From the NCBI GenBank assembly GCA_002315475.1, contig DCGI01000050.1, forward strand, positions 139 to 55,746: DNA of 55,608 nucleotides, written 5' to 3'. Source of the DNA: Christensenella sp. UBA1782. GTDB taxonomy: Bacteria; Bacillota; Clostridia; Christensenellales; DTU072. The notes under the pieces are model-generated. The model did not search any database. It was not told the DNA's origin and saw only the letters and a list, made by a program, of their open reading frames with translations. Shown piece after piece: positions 8,284 to 15,366 of the stretch. The number at the start of each line of letters is the position of its first letter. The first letter of the stretch is position 1. Made by a program: the position numbers and the translations under genes.

Positions 8284-8904
8284 CTATCCTTGAATGCTCT
8301 TGGCGCCCAGACAAAGGGTAACCTTTTCGACCATCTCTTGATTCTTGGATGCTTCGCAATGCTTTTTGATGGCAATAAGGTTCTTAAAGAGTTTTTCGGT
8401 ATGTTCTTGCAACACAAACCGTTCGTTTTCCAAACTCTCTATCGAACCGCCGTTATGTTGTAACGAGCAGATTCTGTCGATCGACTTAAAGACCATCTTG
8501 TAGAGCTTTAAGGTCTTGTCTTTGTCGGGAGAGTATTCGAGGATGCTCTCGTCGATAACCGGCAAAGCCGAAAGAACAAAGTCGGCTGTTTCCAACGCTT
8601 TTACGCCTTTCGCGTGGTTTTTCGACAGCTCACGAATGGCTTCGCCCCCTCTTTGCATACCTTCCTTCTTGATGGAAGATATGACGGCGGTCTTGGTATC
8701 GACGTACTTAAAGTGAATCACCGCGTCGATGTCGTCCTTGTTCAGATACGTGCTGTTAATCAAATCCCTGCAAGTGACGGTTTTCAAAAACATGGGATGC
8801 ACGATGGGAACGGGTAAATCCACGAAACCGATTTGATCCGAAATGGTTCCCGACGTCTTTTTGAAAGACTTGATTTCTTTACTTTGTAAAAATTCTATCT
8901 TCAT
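8284..8904 (-). CDS. small protein resembling the N-terminal clamp / clamp-helix region of RNA polymerase beta-prime (no Zn ribbon, no catalytic domain)
   Basis: Segments match E. coli RpoC (recalled) by eye: 'GFVDLPVPIVHPMFLKT' vs 'GHIELASPTAHIWFLKS', 'FVLSALPVIDESIL' vs 'ILTVLPVLPPDLRP', and 'TLKLYKMVFKSIDRICSLQ...ENERFVLQEHTEKLFKN' vs '[20 protein letters not shown]...[17 protein letters not shown]'. RBS GAGAGG. Confidence 0.6.
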   Translation of the reverse strand: MKIEFLQSKEIKSFKKTSGTISDQIGFVDLPVPIVHPMFLKTVTCRDLINSTYLNKDDIDAVIHFKYVDTKTAVISSIKKEGMQRGGEAIRELSKNHAKGVKALETADFVLSALPVIDESILEYSPDKDKTLKLYKMVFKSIDRICSLQHNGGSIESLENERFVLQEHTEKLFKNLIAIKKHCEASKNQEMVEKVTLCLGAKSIQG

Positions 8905-8943
8905 ACTGTACCTCTCTTAAGTATAGATGTTTTTTCCTTTGTC

Positions 8944-9168
8944 TTAGACAAAATCGTTATTGTTTATCGATAAACCGTATCGATGTCCGACTTGTGCCAA
9001 ACCTCCCTGTCCTGCGACGTCGCCTTCGTGCTCGTCGCTTTCTTGCGGCAGATTTGGATTTTTGAAAAACAGTGGATGCACTTCGAAAAAGGGAAACTCC
9101 GTAAAACCGACTTGTTCCTAAACAATTCCCGATACTTTCCTAAAAAACGGTAAGTCTTTCGCGTGCAA
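8944..9168 (-). pseudogene. decayed third copy of the beta-prime-clamp-like gene (in-frame TAG, truncated)
   Basis: The minus-strand frame reads '(TTG)HAKDLPFFRKVSGIV*EQVGFTEFPFFEVHPLFFKN...'. It aligns with 'SKEIKSFKKTSGTISDQIGFVDLPVPIVHPMFLKT' of 8284-8904. The TAG is at 9118-9120, and similarity is lost after the VHPLF motif. Confidence 0.4.
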
Positions 9169-9224
9169 TCAATCGACTTTTATTTGGTACACCTCTCTGT
9201 TTTCCATTGTAGACCAATTCCGTA

Positions 9225-9761
9225 TTACTTGTCAATAGGTAAACCTCCTTTTTTTTCGTTTTTTCCCAATTCTTTGACAAGGGAGCAAAGACTTTCCTGC
9301 AATAACGCTTTTTCGGTCTGCCGAATGGCTTCGGGTATCTCCATGCTCAGGAGCAGTCGCAAGCGGTTACTGCGGTTCAAGACGCGTACGTAAGCTATTT
9401 TCAAAGTTTCGGGATCGGCGTCTCGGGGATACTCCTTTTGGTAGAGTACGGGGAAGGAATGGAGCACGTACTTCTCGGATAACGTCGTCTTGCCCTTGTA
9501 TTGCGCCCATAATTCCGTTACGCCGTCCGTTCCCGTATTGCCGCTCGGTAAAACCTTTCGGTAGGTTACGATCTTTTTCAGTTCCGTCTTTTTCATTTGA
9601 CTCCGACAAAGCAGCTCTTTGCACTCGTCCGATTCCAAAAACAGCGGATGAATCATCGCTATCGGGAAAAGGATGTTGCCGCCTTCCCCTCGAAGAATGA
9701 GGGTAGGATCCGTAATAATTCTTTCCGTTCGTTCGTTCCTCTTTTTTTCTGCCATAAGCAC
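9225..9761 (-). CDS. small protein resembling the N-terminal clamp / clamp-helix region of RNA polymerase beta-prime, paralog 2
   Basis: Matching segments are 'GNILFPIAMIHPLFLES', 'YVLHSFPVLYQKEYP' and 'TLKIAYVRVLNRSNRLRLLLSMEIPEAIRQTEKALLQESLCSLV' (close to RpoC '[16 protein letters not shown]...[13 protein letters not shown]'). GTG start at 9761 or ATG at 9755, after a GAAGGAG RBS. Confidence 0.6.
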   Translation of the reverse strand: MLMAEKKRNERTERIITDPTLILRGEGGNILFPIAMIHPLFLESDECKELLCRSQMKKTELKKIVTYRKVLPSGNTGTDGVTELWAQYKGKTTLSEKYVLHSFPVLYQKEYPRDADPETLKIAYVRVLNRSNRLRLLLSMEIPEAIRQTEKALLQESLCSLVKELGKNEKKGGLPIDK

Positions 9762-9773
9762 CGTTTCTCCTTC

Positions 9774-10328
9774 TTATTTCTTGTATATTTTTCGTTTCCC
9801 CGTCCGCACGTCATAAATGCTGATCGGGAACAATTCGAATCTTGCAAATTGTTCGATGGCTTTATAGACTTCCACGATTCTTTTCGGCGTCGGCAACCCT
9901 TCGGTAAAGAGGTAGACTCCTTTTGCCAACTGATCGTACACCGATGCGCTTATATTCGTCTGCATAACCGACAAATTCAAAGAAATCTCATAGAGTGCTT
10001 CCGGCGTCGCCACGGCGTAACGGGCATCCGCTCTGCCTTTATCGTCGTATCTGTCATAGTCATCGTTGATTTTGACAATTTGCGGAACCAACTCTTGCAC
10101 GATATTTTCGGCATTTACCTCTCCCTTCATATACTTTTTCCCGCTTTCCGTAAGGACTTGAAAGGTTAAAAAGTCCCCCGAGGCGGCAAACATGGCGTTC
10201 TGTCCGGCGATTTTGGCAATGTGTAAATTATCCTCCAACAGATAATCGGCTTCCGACATATCACACAATTCTTCTTTGCTCGATACACCGATATAGGTCG
10301 TTTCGTCGTCTTTTATGGCTACAAACAT
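9774..10328 (-). CDS. proteasome-beta/HslV-like Ntn-hydrolase-fold paralog 4 (no Thr1; predicted inactive)
   Basis: Start reassigned to the ATG at 10328 ('MFVAIKDDETTYIGVSS'), with GGGAGG upstream, 2 nt after the preceding stop. Same length and N/C-terminal strand pattern as the three upstream paralogs. Confidence 0.55.
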   Translation of the reverse strand: MFVAIKDDETTYIGVSSKEELCDMSEADYLLEDNLHIAKIAGQNAMFAASGDFLTFQVLTESGKKYMKGEVNAENIVQELVPQIVKINDDYDRYDDKGRADARYAVATPEALYEISLNLSVMQTNISASVYDQLAKGVYLFTEGLPTPKRIVEVYKAIEQFARFELFPISIYDVRTGKRKIYKK

Positions 10329-10330
10329 AC

Positions 10331-10915
10331 TTACTTTACCTCCCTTACGGTCAACGTTAAGTCCTTCGTGTTGACGGTGACGAACCTGTCGCCGATATCT
10401 TCGTAATAAGCCGAACACTTCTTAAAAATGGTTCCGAATTGTTCTTCCACGTCCTTTTCCGGTCGAATCGCCGCCAAACAAGGCGTACACATAGAAGAGA
10501 TATTCCCCACGCTGCGATACGACCGATAGCGTACCACCCCAAAACCGCTGCAGATTTCAAACAAATCCCCGTCGTGCGCTATCAGTAAAGGGGCTTCCAT
10601 GTTGCACGTTTCCTCTCTTCCCAACCAGTTTCTTTCCTTATAAAAGCGATAGACGGCGGGAAGAATGTGCGTTATTATTTGTTTGAACGTCAATTTACCG
10701 TTCTTATCCAACGGGAACAATTCGGGATGAGACAGTAACTCTTGTCCGCGACTTTCGTTGCCGTCCGGACGAGCGACCAAAACGCCTTCTTCCGTTTTCA
10801 AAATGGGCAAGACGGGCTCAAAAGAATCGTCCATCTTGCGTCCCGACGATATCCTCATGACGTTTGCTCCGAAATAAACCACGTTATCCCGTACGTAACT
10901 CAATAGTACCGACAT
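10331..10915 (-). CDS. proteasome-beta/HslV-like Ntn-hydrolase-fold paralog 3 (Ser at position 2, Asn at the Asp17 position)
   Basis: 'MSVLLSYVRDNVVYFGANV...' and a C-terminus 'FVTVNTKDLTLTVREVK' that parallels paralog 1 'FLLIDSKDLTFTEVEA'. 16-nt overlap with the upstream gene. Confidence 0.55.
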   Translation of the reverse strand: MSVLLSYVRDNVVYFGANVMRISSGRKMDDSFEPVLPILKTEEGVLVARPDGNESRGQELLSHPELFPLDKNGKLTFKQIITHILPAVYRFYKERNWLGREETCNMEAPLLIAHDGDLFEICSGFGVVRYRSYRSVGNISSMCTPCLAAIRPEKDVEEQFGTIFKKCSAYYEDIGDRFVTVNTKDLTLTVREVK

Positions 10916-11478
10916 AAATCCTCCTTTGCGTACACGACTCTCTTTTCACCCGTAACCGTATCCAGCAAAGCCAACGGATACAAGTCGTTATGCGTCTCTT
11001 TCCGGAATTTTTCGACAAAATCCATGATTCTTTCTTCGGCGGGTTTCCCTCTGTTTTCCGCTAAAACGGCATAACCGAAATCGGCGTATATGCAGTGCAG
11101 AAGGTCTCCCTTTCGTTCAAAAAGCAGAAAATCCACGGAAATATCGTAGATTTTCCCGTCGACGAACAGGGTAAGGGTATTCCTCCAAGTATCGTTTTCG
11201 AGGAATCCCGTTCGTTCGACAGTCTCTCGAATGGCAGGAATCATATCCCGTAGGATACTCTCTTTGCTCTTCGCCATTTCCCATATCGCATCATCATGTA
11301 TAAGGGCGTCGGTGCAACCGTTAAAAACGGAAAAACATCCCAGAATTCCGCCGTTTTCATTTTTCCGAATGGGCAGATTCTCGTCACAAACGTAGTCGCA
11401 TTCCGAAAGAAAATCGGTATCCCATGTGTTGGAAACGGCCAGCAACGCTCCTTTTTCCTTTTCTATACAGATAATCAT
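10900..11478 (-). CDS. proteasome-beta/HslV-like Ntn-hydrolase-fold paralog 2 (no Thr1; predicted inactive)
   Basis: 'MIICIEKEKGALLAVSNTW...' and an internal 'LRDMIPAIRETVERTGF' that parallels 'VRDIIPKMKKWLGENKL' of paralog 1. ATGA overlap with paralog 1. Confidence 0.55.
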   Translation of the reverse strand: MIICIEKEKGALLAVSNTWDTDFLSECDYVCDENLPIRKNENGGILGCFSVFNGCTDALIHDDAIWEMAKSKESILRDMIPAIRETVERTGFLENDTWRNTLTLFVDGKIYDISVDFLLFERKGDLLHCIYADFGYAVLAENRGKPAEERIMDFVEKFRKETHNDLYPLALLDTVTGEKRVVYAKEDLCRYY

Positions 11479-12044
11479 GCTTCCACCTCCGTAAACGTTA
11501 AATCCTTACTGTCGATGAGTAAAAACGGTGCGTCGACACCCGACGAATAACGGGTGGAACACCGCAATCCTTCCAAAAGTGTTTCTTCCGCCGACTTCGA
11601 CTCGTCTACGTCAAGCAGTTTCGCCGTTGCAAAATCGCAACCGCAACCGATCGCATATCGGTCGGTAATCCGTATCGTCTTCCATCTGTCTACGATAGCG
11701 TACAGTTTATCCTTCCACGCCAACAGGAAAGAATTGTTTACCGTTCCGTTTTCCTCCAACAATTTGTTTTCCCCCAGCCACTTCTTCATCTTCGGAATAA
11801 TATCCCGCACGATCAAATCTTTGGTCAATCCCTCTTCGCCTATCATGAATTCGTCTTCGTGTTGCCACAAAAGTTGCGAAACCCGCACCAAACCGGAACT
11901 GCCTATCAATAAACCGTCCCGCAGCTTGTGAATCTTCTTCGTTTCCTTCCGGGAATTGTTGCTCTTTTGCACGCCGACAGACGTCTGCGTGTCGGTTCCC
12001 ATGTACACCGTTCCGTTCCGAACTATTCCGATAATAACCGTCAT
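11475..12044 (-). CDS. proteasome-beta/HslV-like N-terminal-threonine hydrolase (putative catalytic subunit)
   Basis: 'MTVIIGIVRNGTVYMGTDTQTS...KKIHKLRDGLLIGSSG...YAIGCGCDFA' aligns by eye with HslV '[23 protein letters not shown]...KKVRRLYNDKVIAGFAGG...LAIGSGG'. Thr directly after Met, and Asp17- and Lys33-equivalents are retained. RBS AAGGAGGA. Confidence 0.65.
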   Translation of the reverse strand: MTVIIGIVRNGTVYMGTDTQTSVGVQKSNNSRKETKKIHKLRDGLLIGSSGLVRVSQLLWQHEDEFMIGEEGLTKDLIVRDIIPKMKKWLGENKLLEENGTVNNSFLLAWKDKLYAIVDRWKTIRITDRYAIGCGCDFATAKLLDVDESKSAEETLLEGLRCSTRYSSGVDAPFLLIDSKDLTFTEVEA

Positions 12045-12108
12045 AGTCTATCCTCCTTAGTATTTACTCCTATTATATAAACGTTTGTTCCATTATTTAT
12101 GTTATGAT

Positions 12109-13944
12109 TCATTTCTCGCTCCCTTCTTTGTAAGAAATTTCGGTGATTTGCAAAAACAATTCTTCGTCGTCCCATGCGTGCAGTCCCGCATACTCCAAAA
12201 AGGCTTCTTCCACGTTCTTTTCACTCTCTTCGCAGTAGGTTTTTCCCTCCCCGTCAAAGAACTTCAAATAGATTTCTTTGGCGGCATCGAACCCTTTTTC
12301 GCAACCGGTGCCGTATACCTCCAACACCGACAAGTCGGCAAGTGCGTACGAAAGATAATAGCAGGGAGATTCTATCACGACGTACCGCCAATAGCTTTCG
12401 TTCCCTTCCATGCCGTACGTTTTTGCGATTTCGGCAAAAGCGGTATCGTACTCGCTCTGTGGAATACTCCCCTCGTAAACCTTTCTTTCGAATTCGTCCA
12501 CGGCGCAAGCGAGCAAAATCGAGCTGCATATCGAATCCATTTGTGCGCATTGTACGTACTTATAGACACTGCTGCCGCGTGCTTGCAAAGTCTCTTGCAG
12601 ATACGTCAACAAAAGGAATTCGTCCCCTATCGACTGCATTTCCTTAATGTCGTAAGAATCGTACTCCGCACCGCAAATATCGGCAAAATAATGCCCGTAT
12701 TCATGCACGAACGTGAATAACGTGGAATAGTTTTCCCTTTCCATATATAAGATAGGCTTTTCCAAACCTTCGTTCACGTAGGTAAAAGCTCCCGCATAGG
12801 CGTTTTCTCCCGTACCGATATAGTAATTTCCCTCTTTGAAAATGTCGTTGGCACAGTCGAAAAAGTTATATTCGGATGTCGCGTTCTCCCCCATCCTTTC
12901 CAAATACGACGCAAGCGTTTCCGAAGCGATGACGGAGGTTTCTATCGATTCCGCAAGCAACGCCGTCAAAGTACTAAGCCACGTCGGCATCCTCCCGAAA
13001 AACAATCCGATTCCGTCCCCGACTCCCATATCGGAATAGAGATTTTCGAAAAGTTCTTCGCTGTACTCCGAAAATTCCCGATAATACGGTACGATATACT
13101 CCTTCACCAACGCTTGCATTTCTTCGATTTCGGCAAGGTCTACGCTCCGTCCGTACAGGTTTTCCTGCGCGTATTGATAAAAGGTATCGTATCCGGCAAG
13201 AACGGCGTAGCGATTATTCTTTTCCACGTAATCTTTATATAAGGATAATACCTCTTCGCTGTTCGTCGGATCGGAAATTTTCCGAAACGCCCGTTCGATT
13301 TCGTTGATTTCGGACGTTAAAGCGGCTTGTTCCTGCGCTTTGTCGCCGAGCGAAAGAACGGCGTCGACGTCGTCCTGCGTCCAGCCGTCTTCCTCGCTGA
13401 AAAAGTATTCTCGGTACTCCGTTTCGTAAACCAACGGAAATAAAGAAAGGTAGTTTTCGTTATAATCGGCGAGCACCTGCGATATTTCTTCGTAATCGTC
13501 GGCGTATTCGATACAGTCCAAACAGTACCGAACGTAAGCGTACGCCTCCTGCACTTCCAAGTATTCTTGATAGCCGCAATAGCGGTCGTATATTTCTTCA
13601 AACGCTTTATTCTTTTGATACAGTTCACTGTCCTTGACAAAGCCGTCGGTGTTCTCGTCATACCGATCCGCCGCCGCAATCGCCGTCTTGACGTCCCGTA
13701 AAGCCGTAGCGATTTCCCCCTCTTTTTCTTCGTCGTACGAATAGACGAAAACGTCTTGATAGATGTTCAGACTTTCCCGTCTTGACGTATGCGGGCATCC
13801 CTCTTGCTCGCAAGAAGCCACTCGAATATAATCGTCCGCATACGAATAGCTGCAAGTATGCTCGGGTACCGTATCGAAAACGGTGCAACCGAACAGTAAC
13901 GTACACAGAACCGCACACAAAACGCCAATGCCTACCTTTTTCAT
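12109..13944 (-). CDS. lipoprotein zinc metallopeptidase, M3 (oligoendopeptidase F)-like
   Basis: Signal peptide plus lipobox 'LCTLLFGC'. HExxH motif 'FVHEYGHYF' with a downstream Glu ('DIKEMQSIGDEF'). Strong GGAGGA RBS. Confidence 0.65.
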   Translation of the reverse strand: MKKVGIGVLCAVLCTLLFGCTVFDTVPEHTCSYSYADDYIRVASCEQEGCPHTSRRESLNIYQDVFVYSYDEEKEGEIATALRDVKTAIAAADRYDENTDGFVKDSELYQKNKAFEEIYDRYCGYQEYLEVQEAYAYVRYCLDCIEYADDYEEISQVLADYNENYLSLFPLVYETEYREYFFSEEDGWTQDDVDAVLSLGDKAQEQAALTSEINEIERAFRKISDPTNSEEVLSLYKDYVEKNNRYAVLAGYDTFYQYAQENLYGRSVDLAEIEEMQALVKEYIVPYYREFSEYSEELFENLYSDMGVGDGIGLFFGRMPTWLSTLTALLAESIETSVIASETLASYLERMGENATSEYNFFDCANDIFKEGNYYIGTGENAYAGAFTYVNEGLEKPILYMERENYSTLFTFVHEYGHYFADICGAEYDSYDIKEMQSIGDEFLLLTYLQETLQARGSSVYKYVQCAQMDSICSSILLACAVDEFERKVYEGSIPQSEYDTAFAEIAKTYGMEGNESYWRYVVIESPCYYLSYALADLSVLEVYGTGCEKGFDAAKEIYLKFFDGEGKTYCEESEKNVEEAFLEYAGLHAWDDEELFLQITEISYKEGSEK

Positions 13945-14045
13945 GAGTATCTTTCCTCCGTCGTTAGTATTTTCCTTTCCGAAGCCGACCTTTTCGGAAA
14001 GAAGGGAAAAAGCCTTACGAAAAGCCTTCTCCCCCCTCTATCTTA

Positions 14046-15359
14046 TCAAGAATTCTGCATAAGTGCAACCAATTCTTGATAATCCAGCTGTTTCCTGTCT
14101 ATCAAGGCTTCGGCAATACGGGTGATTTCCTCGCGGTGTTCTTCCATAAGGAAACGCACGATCTTATCGCTTTCGGACAGAACGGAAACGACGAAATCAT
14201 GCCGTCTTACTTCGAGGGTATCACTGACACCGTAACGGCGAACCGACGACTGGAATTGACAGTTTTCATAGCCGTAGAATCCTTCTTCGCACATACCGTT
14301 GATGATTTCCTGCGCCTTGGCAAGGTCGGAAACGCAACCCGCCATACGCTTGCCGAGGAACACTTCGGTCGCGATGCCGCCCGCTATTGCCACCCGAACG
14401 GTCTGCTCCAGGCTTTCCTTCGTACTGTAGTCGTCCTTTTCGGAACGGTTCAAGATGCTACCGGTCGAGCTTCCCTGCGGAATAATCGAAGCGTTGATGA
14501 TATGCTTCTTGTAGTACAGACTGATAAAGGCGTGTCCCGCTTCGTGGTAAGCCGTCGCTTTCAGCCTTTCGGAATTGTCCAAATCAATCGTCTTCGGAAT
14601 GTCACGCAAGGTTACCCGTTTCATGGCGGAGATAATGTCGGCTGTCGTGATGGTGTCGCCACGACGCTGTACGCTGTTGATGACCGCTTCGTTGGCGATA
14701 CACTCTATATCGGCACAACTGCATCCCGCCGTATCCAGTACCAGACCTTGTATGTCGACGGAATCGTCCAACTTGATTTGACGGGTATAGTAGTCGAATA
14801 TCGCCTTTCTGTCCCCTTCTTCGGGTAAATGGAACTGCAACATACGATCAAACCGTCCCGTACGCAGGAGGGTATCGCTCAACAAACGTAAATCGTTTGC
14901 CGTAGCGATGACGATGGATTTGCCTTCCCGACCGATGGCGTCGATGGCTTGCATCAGTATCTTTTGGGTGTTCAGGTTTTCGGGAACGTCGTATTGCCAC
15001 TTGTCATACCCCGCAAACTTATCGATTTCGTCGATGAAAATGATGCATTTGCCGATTTCGTGTGCCTGCGCAAAGGTATCCACAATCAGCTTATCGATAT
15101 TGACGCCCTTCGTCAAGCCTTCGGCTTCGCTCACTTCCAACAACGGTACCTCGCTCGCCTTGCTGATGGCTTTCACCACTTTGGTCTTGCCCATGCCCGG
15201 TTTGCCGTACAACAAAAAGCCTTTCGGGAAGCGAGCGCCGCTCGCAAGGTATTCCTCTTCCCGAATCAACATGTCCACTACGCCCATGGCGTCCTTCTTG
15301 ATACTTTCGTAGCCGGCGATTTCGTTAAAAATTTCTTGTATTCTTTCTTGACTGTTCAT
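14046..15359 (-). CDS. soluble FtsH-like protease: AAA+ ATPase fused to an M41 zinc peptidase, no transmembrane segment
   Basis: Walker A 'GKPGMGKT', Walker B 'IIFIDEID', SRH 'TANDLRLLSDTLLRTGRFDR', M41 'AYHEAGHAF'. The N-terminus starts directly with the AAA module. Confidence 0.85.
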   Translation of the reverse strand: MNSQERIQEIFNEIAGYESIKKDAMGVVDMLIREEEYLASGARFPKGFLLYGKPGMGKTKVVKAISKASEVPLLEVSEAEGLTKGVNIDKLIVDTFAQAHEIGKCIIFIDEIDKFAGYDKWQYDVPENLNTQKILMQAIDAIGREGKSIVIATANDLRLLSDTLLRTGRFDRMLQFHLPEEGDRKAIFDYYTRQIKLDDSVDIQGLVLDTAGCSCADIECIANEAVINSVQRRGDTITTADIISAMKRVTLRDIPKTIDLDNSERLKATAYHEAGHAFISLYYKKHIINASIIPQGSSTGSILNRSEKDDYSTKESLEQTVRVAIAGGIATEVFLGKRMAGCVSDLAKAQEIINGMCEEGFYGYENCQFQSSVRRYGVSDTLEVRRHDFVVSVLSESDKIVRFLMEEHREEITRIAEALIDRKQLDYQELVALMQNS

Positions 15360-15366
15360 GCTTCGT

